Positions 12,990 through 25,544 of a DNA stretch of 64,000 nt are shown piece by piece. Under the pieces are notes generated by a model. That model was not told the DNA's origin. It did not search any database and was given only the letters and a program-made list of their open reading frames with translations. Numbering within the stretch: position 1 is the stretch's first letter; every line of letters starts with the position of its first letter. The DNA is from Octopus bimaculoides (lineage: Eukaryota). The DNA is taken from contig NC_068982.1 of NCBI RefSeq assembly GCF_001194135.2, positions 97,879,724 to 97,943,723 on the forward strand, given 5' to 3'. Position numbers and translations under genes: made by a program.

Positions 12990-14520
12990 ACTACCTTACC
13001 GCTGCTATTTCCTTGATCCACATGAGGAGAATACTATCAACAGCATTTTGCTAGTCAACCCATGTCATGTTTTGTTATGCCTATGTGGGTCTTTGTAGCA
13101 TTCCTTTTGCTCGTCTAGAAGCAGGTTCTCTGTGATACTATTGCAACTATGGCTTTGGAAGCTGTTGAAAGGTAGATATGGATCTGTAACCTTTAGGGTT
13201 TGTTGTTTCAACCGTCTTGTAGGTTGCGATGAACTTTTTCTTCGCGATCTATTCAGGTGTTTTCTCTGATTCCTTCAGTATTTTATTAAACATCTCTACG
13301 GGAACCTTACATGTCCCTCTTAAATATTTTAATCAGAAGTTTAAGAAGTTTATTCAGTGACTTGCTTTTTGCAATTTCTGAACATTTCTTCTTTTTTTGT
13401 TTTTCTTTTTTGCGTTGCTATGGCGTTATGCACAGGCGCTGCATTATTGTTTTGAACATTATTGTTTGTGGTGATAACTTAGCTGTCCATAGTCCTTCCC
13501 ATCCCTTGCTATTAGTAGTACATTCTTTCCTATATTATTTTTACCTAGTTTTTGGTAAAAATTGTTTTGAGATTGGAGTAGAAGTTGTTTTGTTCAAAGA
13601 ATCGTTTTCGCTTTTTTATATTAACAGATTCTCAAGACGATTTAGTAAGCATCTGATCGTCCCTTGTTTGCCACCTCTTGATTTAAAGGTTTGGTTTTGT
13701 TCTGCTATATTTTTATAGTAACTGTTGCTCTTTTTTCTTTTTCATATTAAGATGTCTTTATCTTTTTCTGTACGTTTTATATCTGAAGGAGTGCTTAATT
13801 TCCTTTGTAACTGTGGCCATTATATGTAATATTTCGTTAACTTGCTTTAGTAATATTTACAGCACTACTTACTCGTTTCTTCTTCTTCTTTTTTATGGTG
13901 GACACTGTTATAGAAATATTAAATCCGATTGGCAACAGAGACAAAGCCAATGTTGCCGCTAAATAATTCGTTTCTGTTTTCCTATAAGTCTGTGAAGGTC
14001 TCGTTTACGTTGTTTTTATTATTTTTGCTGTTTCGCCGTTGAGTTTTAATCCTCGCAGAGGAGCTTCTTTCGACTGGTCCACAGAAAGATCTTGTATTTA
14101 CTTTAATTCTTTAATTATTTACTACTTAATATTCTTGTCATGTTCTTGATTTCCATCTTTAGAATTAAATTTTCCTCTTATTTCCTTCTATTCATATTAG
14201 TGTCTGTGTTGCATTCATTCGGCATTTCTTTGTCAATATTCTGTAGGTGTTCTAGGGTTTATATTTCGTTATTTAGGTGTTTGATGATAGATATATTCCC
14301 ACAATATTTTTTTTTTTTTAGCGTTTTCTCTGTACTTCTTTTTAATGTTGTCTCTCCATTTCTGGATTTTTCTTCTCTTTTTTGCTTTAAGAATATGTCT
14401 TCTTTAGACAGCTTGTCTAATGGGATTGAACATTACATTAACATCAGGTTATTTTCTCTTCAAAATTATACGATAATATTGTTAGTATCGTTTTGAATAG
14501 AGTGAGAATGTAAAATATAT
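12990..14520 (-). mobile_element. Degenerate R4/Dong-like non-LTR retrotransposon (N-terminus to RT)
   Basis: Minus: KKRKRFFEQNNFYSN..FYQKLGKNNI, FNKILKESEKTPE, ETTNPKGYRSI, LDEQKEC, WVD*QNAVDSILLMWIKE. Confidence 0.7.
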
Positions 14521-14580
14521 TTACAATTGGTGCTAGAGTTACTGTTGTTGTTGACATGTTGCTAATGTTTCAACAGACAG

Positions 14581-14799
14581 TTAGGCGGCGAGCTGGAAGA
14601 AACGTTAGCACGTCGAACAAAATGCTTAGCAGCATTCCGGCTGCCTGTACGTTCTGAGTTCAAGTTCCGCCGAGGTCGACTTTGCCTTTCATCCTTTCGG
14701 GATCGATAAATTAAGTACCAGTTGCGTACTGAGGTCGATCTAATCGACTTGTCTCTTCTCCAAAAATTTCGGGCCGTGTGCCTAGAGTAAAAAAGAATA
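14581..14799 (+). mobile_element. SINE family B with TSD
   Basis: GGCGGCGAGCTGG...GTCGACTTTGCCTTTCATCCTTTCGG; TSD TTTCAACAGACAG at 14568-14580 and 14800-14812. Confidence 0.9.
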
Positions 14800-14812
14800 T
14801 TTCAACAGACAG

Positions 14813-15035
14813 GTAGGCAGCGAGCTAACAGAAACGTTAGCACGCCGAGCAAAATGCATAGCGACATTTCGTCCGTCTGTACGTTCTGGGTTCAAATTCC
14901 GCCGAGGTTGACTTTGCCTTTCATCCTTTCGGAGTCGATAAAAGAAGTACCAGTAGAACACTGGAGTCGACGTAATCGAGTTTCCCTCTCCCCACAACTT
15001 ATTGGCCTTGTGTCAAAATTTGAAACCAATAGTTC
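14813..15035 (+). mobile_element. SINE family B, tandem second copy
   Basis: Same family directly downstream, head to tail. Confidence 0.85.
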
Positions 15036-15084
15036 AACAAACAGCGGAAATAGTTTCAGTCATTGGACCGCGGTGATGCTAGGA

Positions 15085-15532
15085 TACCGTCTTTAGGGGT
15101 TTAGTCGAACAAACCGAACCCAGCTCATATTTCTTAAAAACCTGGAACTTACGTTATTCACCTATTTTGTCGAACCGCTAAGTCACGGGGACGTAAACAA
15201 GCCAGCAGTGGTGGGAGACAAACACAAACTCAAACACACACACACACACACACACATACGTATATATATTCTTTCATTGGTTTCATTTATTTGACTGCGG
15301 TTATGCTGGAGCATCACTTTTAGTCGAACGAATCGATTACAGGACTCATTCTTTGTAAGCCTAGTNNNNNNNNNNNNNNNNNNNNNNNNNNNNNNNNNNN
15401 NNNNNNNNNNNNNNNNNNNNNNNNNNNNNNNNNNNNNNNNNNNNNNNNNNNNNNNNNNNNNNNNNNNNNNNNNNNNNNNNNNNNNNNNNNNNNNNNNNNN
15501 NNNNNNNNNNNNNNNNNNNNNNNNNNNNNNNN

Positions 15533-15579
<47 letters not shown>

Positions 15580-15725
15580 CGATGGACTTCTTTCAGTTTC
15601 CGTCTACCAAATCCATTCACAAGGCTTTATTCGGCCCGAGGCTATAGTTGCAGACACTTGCCCAAAGTGCCATGCAGTGGGAGTGAAACCGAGACCATAT
15701 TGTTGGGAAGCAAACGTCTTACCAC
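15085..15725 (-). mobile_element. SINE family A pieces (two tails, one head) around a gap
   Basis: Tail at ~15085-15240 and ~15270-15365; head at ~15575-15725. Confidence 0.75.
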
Positions 15726-15879
15726 ACGCATATAGCATTCTCTTCATTGAGACAGATGGACACCACCACAGAGTATTGTTTCATCACGTGTCGTATATAT
15801 TTCCACATTGGCAACTGACCTTGGCTTTTTCTTATCACATCTACGTTATTCAAACAGCACGATGTCCAGTCCTTATTGC

Positions 15880-16190
15880 GGTGTAGTGGCTTATATGCTA
15901 TGCCAGCGGACCGCAAGCCCCTGGTGGGGGCCTCCCATGCTGGACAAGTCAAAGGCTAGAGTGGACAAACTAATATGGAATATCCCTTCCCAGAGGTAAT
16001 TATGGGTTTCTACCTAGAAAAAAAAGTCTAGGTTATAAAAACATCAATGACAGCTCTAAACCAACAAGAGCTGGGAGATGAAGGCCTTCCTTTGGGGAAA
16101 CATGACGTGGTGCAATAAAACCCGAAAGGAACCTGCAAGGAAAGGCATGGATCCAACTGGACCCCTACTTTTCCTTACAGAAAAGGTAAC
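15880..16190 (+). mobile_element. Probable RTE-type LINE 5' UTR fragment
   Basis: GCGGACCGCAAGCCCCTGGTGGGGGCCTCCCATGCTGGACAAGTCAAAGG...CCCTTCCCAGAGG resembles RTE 5' ends from recall; no ORF support. Confidence 0.4.
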
Positions 16191-16198
16191 TCAGAGTG

Positions 16199-16289
16199 GG
16201 GAATAGACGGGAATAGTCGGGAATAGACGGAATTGTCGGGAATAGACGGGAATAGTCGGCAATAGACGGGAATAGTCGGGAAAAAGACG
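16199..16289. repeat. Minisatellite of alternating 10-mers GGGAATAGAC/GGGAATAGTC
   Basis: About nine 10-bp units seen directly. Confidence 0.9.
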
Positions 16290-16554
16290 TCAATGGTTTA
16301 TGTTCCATAGGGAGTGAGAGTGTAAGGCTTACCTAAGTCAGTAAGTTCAGGTATTTTCAGGTAAGTTCAGGTATTTTCTTATATTGTCTCTGCCAACTGG
16401 AGCATGCCGAGCCCTTATTAAACACTTTTAAGTTTCAGCCTGATGCCCTCATTGCTAATAAAATTTCTGCCCAAGTTTGGGTAGCAGTTTGCAAAAGATT
16501 TTATTTTCGCTAGGAGAAACTCCAGTAATGACAACCTTAGCAAAAGCGTTATAT

Positions 16555-17240
16555 TTGGTGGCAATGGTGGTAGTGGTAGTGGTGGTATTGGTTGTGGTGG
16601 TTGTGGTGATGATCGTGGTGGTGGTGGTGATGGTGATGATGGTAGTGGTGGCGGCGATGATAGTGGTGGTGTTGGTAGTGGTGGTGGTGGTGATGATCTT
16701 AGTGTTGGTGGTGGTGGTGATGGTGGTGGCGGCTGTGGTGATAGTGGTGGTATTGGTAGTAGTGTTGGAGGTGATTGTTGTAGTTGTAGAACTGGTATTG
16801 TTATAGATAATAGTTTTCTTGGCTGCCACTACAGTGGTGGCGGTAACGGCGGCGGTGGTGTTGGTGATTCTGGTGGTAGTAGTGTTGTTGTTGGTGTTGT
16901 TATTGTTGTTGGTGGTGGTGGTAGTTGTGGTGGTGGTCGTAGTAGTTGTGGTAGTGGTGGTATTAGTAGTAGTGGTGGCGATGTCAGTAGTGATTGTAGT
17001 GGTGGTGAGGGGTAGTGGTATTGATGTTGGTGAGTGTGGTAGCCGTAGGCTGTGGTAGTGGTGGCGGTGGTGATGGTAGTGTGGTGATAGTTGTAGTAGT
17101 AGTAGTAGTAGTGTTAATAGTGGGGGTGAGGAATAATGTTGTGAAGGTAGTGGTGGTGGTAGCAGCGGTGGGTGTGGCGTTGGTGGAGGTAGTAGTGGTG
17201 GCACTGGTGACGGCGGCGATGGTGGTAGTGTTGTCCCTGC
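16555..17240. repeat. Long compound trinucleotide repeat (GTG/GTA/GAT/GTT)
   Basis: Seen directly; source of poly-V and poly-T pseudo-ORFs. Confidence 0.9.
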
Positions 17241-17267
17241 TGTTTGCTCCAACTGGTGCCGCCGCCG

Positions 17268-17500
17268 TTTATGGTGCTTGTACAAACGGACAGTGCAATC
17301 GAGCGATCCAATTCTGCAGGAATCGACCTACTTTTAACCACTGTCGTCATTAATAGTTCTGGTTACGTCACAAACGCCCACCATTTCACTGTCGGGTTAT
17401 TCACCTCACCAATGTTGACTCAGTGTATTTGAATATAACATGTATAGCAGATTCCGTATGTTTTAAATAATGATTTCTCTTATTGACAAAATGGCAACTT
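17268..17500 (+). pseudogene. Decayed duplicate of WD40 exon 18964-19148 plus intron flank
   Basis: AACGGACAGTGCAATCGAGCGATCCAATTCTGCA vs AACGGACAATGCAATCGAACGATCCAACTCTGCA; GGTTATTCACCTCAC shared; frameshifts; donor lost; flank TATGTTTTA..ATTGACA shared. Confidence 0.8.
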
Positions 17501-18586
17501 TCTATTAAGTGTTTTTGTTGTTGTTGTTGTGGTGGTGGTGGTGGTGGGGAGGGGGTGTTTTTTCATGTTGTTTTTTTTTGGTACAGTCTTTCATTTTCGG
17601 TTTTAATAATTTTTCGTGTATGGTTTTTTTAATTTTTCGTCATTTACATCGCATCTATTTAAGTGAAGTGATGATAAAATTGTTTGATTCAAGGTCCATT
17701 GGATTAATAGAAGATGGAATTAAATGCACCACTGCGAAATAAAACAAAAAGTTTTGTTAACTATGTACTGTTCATTATGCTTATAGCAGCGTACCTTCCG
17801 TACCAGTCACATTTAAGTCATTTGGTCAACAGCATTGACCACGAAACAAATGCTGGCCATTCTTTCAGAACACAAATGTCATATAGATACAATCAGCTGC
17901 CCTTTCACATGTATCAAATAAATATTATTACAGAAATGAGTGCGCACATGCGTGTGTGCACATGTGTGTGTGTGCACATGCGTGTGTGCATATGCGTGTG
18001 TGTACATGCGTGTGTGCACATGCATGTGTGCATGCATGTATAATTAAATTTCGAATCGTATTTCACAACCTCGCCTAGAAAAAGTTCGTTTATGAGAGGG
18101 AGTGCGTATATATGCTGGTGTGTATATTTACGTTACAAAAACTGGGTATGTGCATGTGTTTTTACGTGTTAGCATGGAAATGTGCATTAAAAAAACTGGG
18201 TGTATAAATGTTCGTATATGTGTTAATAATGTGCGTGAATTCGTTAATATTACTGAGGGTGCGAAGGTGTATATGTATGTGTGTGTGTGCGTGTACGTTC
18301 GTGTGTGTATGTGTATTAGTGTGCATGTTTATGTTACTAAGACTTGGTGTGTAAATATATACATATATATGTATATGTGTTTGTATGCATTCCTATGTTA
18401 CTAAAATTACATGTATGAACATTTGTATATATATATATGGGAGAATATACGAAAAAACAACAACAGACGAGGACAGGTGGTGTAAATAACAAAAGGATGT
18501 ATTATATATATATATATATATATAGAGTTATTAATATTTCTAAGTCTCTCTAAAGGAGACTACGGCAGCGGTATATATATATATAC

Positions 18587-18623
<37 letters not shown>

Positions 18624-18762
18624 CACACATGCACGCATACGCACGCACACACACATACACACATATATATATATGTGTTTGTGTGTGTGTGCTTGTGTAC
18701 GTTACTAAACTGAATGTGGGAGTATGTGCGTGTGTGTGTGTTTACACATTTATGTTTGTATG

Positions 18763-18796
<34 letters not shown>

Positions 18797-18963
18797 TACG
18801 TCTATGTGTGTTTGCGTGAATGTGTACATTACTAAAACTGGATGTATCAATGTGTATGTAAGTGTGTAAATTACTCAATAAAATGCCAATGCTGACTGTC
18901 CATTTTTGAAAGAATATAGGATTATCTCAATTAAAAAGTTTGTTTTGCTTTTAAATCTTTCAG

Positions 18964-19148
18964 ACAATTCGGATATGGAACTGCCACAACGGACAATGCA
19001 ATCGAACGATCCAACTCTGCAAAGGCGACCCAGTCATTGCTGTCAGTTACAGTTCTGCTTACATCGCATACGCCCACGGGTCTACTGTTTCGGTTATTCA
19101 CCTCACTAACAATGACTCAATATTTGAACATAGCGAACATAAACACAG
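18964..19148 (+). CDS. WD40-repeat protein (FBXW-like) internal exon
   Basis: TTTTAAATCTTTCAG| acceptor, CAG|GTAGTC donor; TIRIWNCHNGQCNRTIQLCKGDPVIAVSYSSAYIAYAHGSTVSVIHLTNNDSIFEHSEHKH; phase 0 to 2. Confidence 0.8.
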
Positions 19149-19424
19149 GTAGTCTAAATTCTATATGTTTTAATAAAGCTTACTCAGATTGACATAAAAA
19201 TCACAAATTTTAAGCAGTACAATCGTTTGCATTTGGCTACATTACGTGCCAAATTTAAATTTTATCGATCCTGGGTTGGAGAGATGACAAGCAAATGCCA
19301 AACAATTTGGCAGTATTTGGGCACGGTACGTGAAGGAACGTAACGTAATACTACATAGCATTTCGTCCATCACTCTACCAGTTTTAAGACTCACAAAACT
19401 CGTAGCTTTTGTTAATAATTACTG

Positions 19425-19591
19425 AGGCGTCGCTGTGCGGTTAAAAAGCTTACTTTGCAACCATGTGGTTTCGGGTTCAGTCCTGTTGCGCGGTACCTTG
19501 TGAATGTGCCTTCTACTATAGCACCGGGCTGATCAATTGTCTTTTGAGTGAATTGGGTTAGTGGAGACTGTGTGAAAGCCCATCTAAAATA

Positions 19592-19679
<88 letters not shown>

Positions 19680-19875
19680 CATATATGAGTGTGTGTTCGT
19701 GTTTGCGTTTCTCTCTCACCATCGCTTGACAACCAGTATTGGTTTGTTTATGTTCCTATGATTTAGTAGTCTGGCCAAAGAGGTCAATTGGGATCGATCT
19801 ATTCCACTGAACCGAACCCATCAAGGCGATGCCCCAGTATGACTGCAGTCCAATGCCTGAAACAAGTAATAAGTC
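19425..19875 (+). mobile_element. SINE family A, diverged full length
   Basis: Head, (GT)n and tail in family order. Confidence 0.75.
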
Positions 19876-20574
19876 AAAGATAGATATAAAATTGCACGTC
19901 TAATGGATGTATACAGTAAACTACTTCAACACTATAAAGAGGTAGGAATAACATTTCTTGTATTTTTCTCCATACAGAGAAAAAGATTGTTGATGTGCTC
20001 TTAGAAGTACATATTTGCTGGTTAGTGGCAGCGTTCCCCTTCGACATAGAGGACAAAATTAATATTGTATGGTTCCAGAGGCTACGGAAACAAAACTGAT
20101 CGGGCCATGGGATGAAGATATTGATCCAAACGGGTCAATAAGTTTGGAATCTATCTCTGAACTGATCAGTCTGCCAGGCGGCACAAAACTGTACCCGGCC
20201 GTTGAAAGCAGAAAGGCGAGTGATATTCCATAGGAGCAATATTCCATAACAATTCTCTAGTTACTATAAGAATATTCTCTCCTAATCCTTGCAGTCGTAG
20301 GTAAATAACGAACAGGATCATCCTGCTGCACTGTGAGACACAAACCACATAAGAGGCCTTTGCCTGAGAATCCAGCCTCATTAATGCAGTTGTACTATAG
20401 ATTTTTATTTCTTATTAAACTCATAAAGAAGACTGTGGTGATAAGGTGACACAATCACCGATGTTTTTATCATGACATCATTTCTTGAGGGTTGCCAAGA
20501 ACTAACGATCCCTCTCTCTCTCTCTTAGTGGAAGACTCACCCATCAAGAGAACCCCGATACTTTATGGAACTGA

Positions 20575-20644
<70 letters not shown>

Positions 20645-21659
20645 GTCATTATTATTTTTATTGCTAACATAGTGCAGGATTCTACCGTGAGACAAGTTTT
20701 GGTTTTCGTCTTGTAGAGTATCCAAAAAGAAAAAAGAACACCCTTCTCATCGAGCGTGCTCCGTGGGATTACTGATGCTTGAGCGGAAGAATGAAATGAT
20801 GGAGGTAAAGAGAAGGAAAGCGAGTATATCGATGGCTTGATTTAGAGCAGAGTTTACTAGTTCAGAAGAACAAGAATACCTTTGTAATTACGGTAGAAAA
20901 AACACAGATGATATAGAATAACTGCAAGTTAGTGTTTGAAAATACGTTGACGAGTGAGTTATTGCCAATCAGCCGAATAGCTTTCTTTTTCGTGTGGTCA
21001 GTTGCTTTGATGTTTGTAACAGTGGCACTGTTCGTGATATGTGAGCAGAGAGTAGAGTAGAGAGCAAATTGTAGGTGAGCTAAGTCTCTGATCAGTTGTG
21101 TGAGAGAGAGATTAATCTAGATTAGTTAGGCATTTAGTTCAGAGCCTTATCGTTTACACCAGCTTCACAAAAGCTAAGATTTCAAGTAGAGCATAAAAGA
21201 CCGATCGGACTGTCTCAAATATATAACTAGTACATGTTTGATCGAGTCCACATGCACAGAGGGAAAGGTCAAAACCGGTAGATTTTGAATCTAGGAACTA
21301 AATATCAAAACAAATTATTGGGGGTTTTTTTAGGTACAAAGGACAATGTAGCATTTAGGGAACACTAAATATTTTGAAGATAATTCCTGAGCCAAGTGCA
21401 TTAGTAATGAGAATTAGAACTGAGTCTCAGGTTTTATTCAATGTGAACCTAACGTTGACTTATTCTAAACATTTCTATCATTTATACAATAATGTTTTAG
21501 TAAGTATAACTCAGTCTAATTAAATAATAAACTCTATGGTTATAATTAGTAGATTGAGGCATTTGAAAACAAAGTACAAGGCGTAACTGAAAAACCTCCT
21601 TGTATACGTACGCACGTATGTATGTATGTATGTATGTATGTATGTATGTATGTATGTAT

Positions 21660-21960
21660 GTGATCACGTGATCGACTAGATTATCGGATGTTGTTATACA
21701 TCGCTAATCCCAATGCGCTTTGAATCGTTTTAGCTTTCAAATGGCGCCAGCCCACTGGCTAGGCGAGCTGACCAGCATTTACTCCTAATCGGAAGGCTAG
21801 TCCATCGCAGGGTTACCCATTTGCAGCTAAATGAACTGAATCACTGGAACAACATGAAATGAAGTATATTGCTCAAGAACAGAACGCGCCGCTCGGTCCA
21901 GGAGTCGAACTCACAATTTAGCAACTTTGAGTGCAACACCCTAACCACTAGGCCACATGT
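21660..21960 (-). mobile_element. SINE family C (tRNA head + TTGAGCAA..CACTT body; CCTGCGATGGACT tail)
   Basis: Minus: TGGCCTAGTGGTTAGGGTGTTG...GAGTTCGACTCC...TTCTTGAGCAATATACTTCATTTCATGTTGTTCCAGT. Confidence 0.75.
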
Positions 21961-22031
21961 TTGTGTGTGTGTGTTTGTGTGTGTGTGTATGTGTGTGTGT
22001 GCGTGTGCGTGCATGTATATATATATAAATA

Positions 22032-22071
<40 letters not shown>

Positions 22072-22306
22072 NNNNNNNNNNNNNNNNNNNNNNNNNNNNN
22101 NNNNNNNNNNNNNNNNNNNNNNNNNNNNNNNNNNNNNNNNNNNNNNNNNNNNNNNNNNNNNNNNNNNNNNNNNNNNNNNNNNNNNNNNNNNNNNNNNNNN
22201 NNNNNNNNNNNNNNNNNNNNNNNNNNNNNNNNNNNNNNNNNNNNNNNNNNNNNNNNNNNNNNNNNNNNNNNNNNNNNNNNNNNNNNNNNNNNNNNNAATA
22301 TATATA

Positions 22307-22337
<31 letters not shown>

Positions 22338-22923
22338 ATGCTGGAGGTTTTTCTGTTGCACCTGTATTTTATTCTCAAACGCATCATAGTGTTGGTAAGA
22401 GAACACGAACCGCTGACCTTTCAAACTGGTTGTCCGATACATATTGACTCGATTATTCTCACTCTCAGAAACTAAATACTTAAGATATTTAATCTGGAGC
22501 ACTAATCATCTGCCAATTCCACTGCACTTGTCTAAACAAATATTAAAAACAAAATCAATATCCGTTGATGCTGGACACCCAGCTCAACTACTGCATAAAC
22601 GTCTGATCTTTGTTTGAAGAAGAAAAAGTTTTAATTTGTCATGGCATTGAATATAGCGTTCAGTTTTTATCCTTTAATCCACATCGGGCAGTATGCGTTC
22701 GGATCAATATAGTGAGCAACTGCTTGGTTTAATGAAATTGCCAGAAAAGTCTGTCATTGCAATCGGATAATCTTTAATCCTTCCCACCATAAGGTACACA
22801 ACACGTCTCTCACGTGTCACGCGTGTCTTAACAAAAGATCATTCTTTGAGCAATAGGTTTTCGTCATCCATCACCTTAGTAATATTAGATTTCCATTAAC
22901 ATTTCCTTTCCACTATATTTAGC

Positions 22924-23421
22924 TCTAGAGTTAAGTGTGGACAGAAATAGTCTACATAGGAAAGAAAGAGAGAGAGATTGTTCGAATTTACCACTCATTA
23001 ATTTACTTGATTCATTTATAGTGACAACAGTAATAGAATTGATTAAACAAGTTCACGCTGTGAGTGCTTTTATTAAAGCCAAAACACACATAGAAGAAGA
23101 ACTTGGAAGCCGATACTACAAGTGAAAGATGAGGACATTGATTATTCACTGTTACAGTTGTTTACAGCAATGAGTAATGGCTGTTTACAGAAGCTATCTG
23201 TAGCTAGATGGACTGAGTATGATTTAACTTGATCATTAACAACTGAAGCATCAGTGATGAAATTTGAACCACTGATCAGCGGGGGAGCCAGTCGAACGCT
23301 ATGTCGATTCTTCGTTGATTCAGTATTATCTGGTTCTTTGAAGTACAACGCAATAAAGAGAGATCTTCGCTATTTTATAGCAATGTGTAGCTATCTGCAC
23401 AGAGCAAAAGATAATTTCCTG
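22924..23421 (+). pseudogene. Decayed coding-like segment with splice-site boundaries inside an inferred intron
   Basis: Pyrimidine-rich AG at 22922-22923, alternative AG at 23077-23078, CTG|GTGAGT donor after 23421; about 165 codons with one frameshift and one TGA (23230-23232); product unidentified. Confidence 0.35.
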
Positions 23422-24034
23422 GTGAGTCAAATCCGTGACATTTTTTTAAAAAAATTCTCGGTGGAAGACAATTTAATTATCTTACAAGCTAATACTCTTG
23501 AGAAATTAGTGAATGTCATGTTATATCATTCCTCTCATAAATTTCCTTTTTTTTTTACGTAAGTAACATGATAAGTAACATGATAACTTTCTTTGTGTCT
23601 TGATGACACAACTAGAACGATATTGATGATGTGACTTCTACACTAAGTCTATGTCTACATCTGTTCTATTTATAACCGTAGTATTTATTAGCTTGCCACG
23701 TTTCCATTGCTGGAAGGAGTGGTCTGAATGCTACCAGTCAAAGAACGTTAGATCAGTTTTCTCCAGAGTATTTGTATCTCTGACAATATCCAGCCAGTCC
23801 ATTTTTAGATATTATCAGATCGATTGCGCTTTTACTTTTATTTTTATTATTTTTTTTTTTTGCCGACTTTGCTTACTTTTTATATCGAACCTTAAACTGT
23901 ATGTTTATAATTAAAAGAAGCAAACAAACAAACAAACAAAATGTATATCTTGTATTTAAAATGTTCAGGCTATCACTTTCCTAGGTTTTTCTAGTTGGTC
24001 AATTTCATTTTTAAGATCCTTTCCGAGTCATATA

Positions 24035-24225
24035 GACTCAGGGCCTGTTTCCCGGTTTCTGTCATGCATATATTCCCCAACTGGACGGAATTCCAGTCCG
24101 TCGCAGGATTATTCATTTTTGTCAGCATAGTAGACTGGAGCAACATGAAATGAAGTGTTTTTCCGGACCAAAACCACAATCTTAGGATCATTAGTACAAC
24201 ACCCTAATCACTAAGCCACACGTTT
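24035..24225 (-). mobile_element. SINE family C, deleted
   Basis: Shares CTGGAGCAACATGAAATGAAGTG and CACCCTAA.CACTA.GCCAC with 21660-21960. Confidence 0.7.
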
Positions 24226-24639
24226 TGCCGCATAGTTCCGACTGGTCAAATTTATCATAAACGTAGTATACTTTCCTAGAAATTTGCTTCATGATATTTA
24301 CTTCATAGACCAAAGTTTAAAATAAGTCTTCTGTTACTTAACACTCCCTTTTCCAGCACCTGCAGCCAATCTAAGTGACTCAACGGCCTAAAGTCTTTCA
24401 TTGCTGTAAATCCTGTTAACATCCTTAACTAACCAGACAATGTAATAATGATTTCTTACATTCATAATAAATTCAATCAATACTAATACATAGTTAATAG
24501 GGATTGACTGAATTCGTAATTCGGTTTCTTTATATAAATAGGTTTCCTTAATTTTCTGGCGATGAAACCATAGACGAGTTAGACTTACACTGCATGTCAG
24601 AAACACCTGAGTCTTCTGACCAGATTTTTACCTGATATA

Positions 24640-24776
<137 letters not shown>

Positions 24777-24792
24777 TATATATATGTATTGT

Positions 24793-25290
24793 GAGAGCGC
24801 ATGGTCTAGTGGTTAGGGTGTTGGACTCACGATCGCGAGATCGTACTTTCAATTCCTAGACGGTAAGTGTATTGCGTTGTGTTCTTGAGCAAAACACTTC
24901 ATCTTATCTCTTTATTGCCCATAAGAGGCTAAACATAGAGGGGACAAACAAAGACAGACAAAGGGATTAAGTCGATTACATCGACCCCAATGCATAAGTG
25001 GTACTTAATTTATCGACCCCGAAAGGATGAAAGGCAAAGTCGACCTCGGCGGACGAAATGCCGCTAAGCATTTCGCCCTGCGCGCTAACGATTCTATCAG
25101 CTCGACGCCTTAAAACACTTCATCTTATGTTGCACTGCGTGGCACACAGTACACCTGTTCAGGCAACGTCGATTTGATGGAGAGAGTGAACTAATGTGCT
25201 GCATGAACATTTGATCATTATAAATAGTTCATTTGTGTAGGTCGATCCGCAAACAGCTGAATGTCCATACATCGTCTTCGACGGGAGAGT
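24793..25290 (+). mobile_element. SINE family C interrupted by a nested family B copy
   Basis: Head at 24793, body resumes at 25129. Confidence 0.8.
24908..25111 (-). mobile_element. SINE family B nested insertion with 17-bp TSD
   Basis: AAAACACTTCATCTTAT at 24891-24907 and 25112-25128. Confidence 0.9.
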
Positions 25291-25404
25291 CCATTATATA
25301 CATAAATATCCATATTATTACAGCTGTTTCATAATTTTCCCCCTCTAATAGCATTAATTTCAACATTCCATATTATATGCGTGCATTTTACAGGCATATA
25401 CTCT

Positions 25405-25544
25405 TTTATTTGTTTCAGTCATTTGACTGTGGCCATGCTGGAGCACCGCCTTTAGTCGAGCCAATCGGCCCCAGGACTTATTCTTTGGAAGCCTAGTACT
25501 TATTCTATCGGTCTCTTTTGCCGAACCGCTAGGTTACGGGGCCG
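25405..25544 (-). mobile_element. SINE family A tail
   Basis: TTTCAGTCATTTGACTGTGGCCATGCTGGAGCACCGCCTTTAGTCGA; runs into gap. Confidence 0.85.

Noticed and set aside
16199-16289. Short regular repeat resembling a CRISPR array
   Set aside because: No unique spacers, no cas genes, eukaryotic context.
16455-17285. 276-aa Pro/Thr-rich mucin-like ORF
   Set aside because: Translation of a trinucleotide microsatellite; multiple frames are open on both strands.
23230-23232. TGA recoded to Trp by A-to-I editing, or read as Sec
   Set aside because: The A has a 5' G, which ADAR disfavours; no SECIS or pairing partner was seen; a frameshift nearby points to decay.
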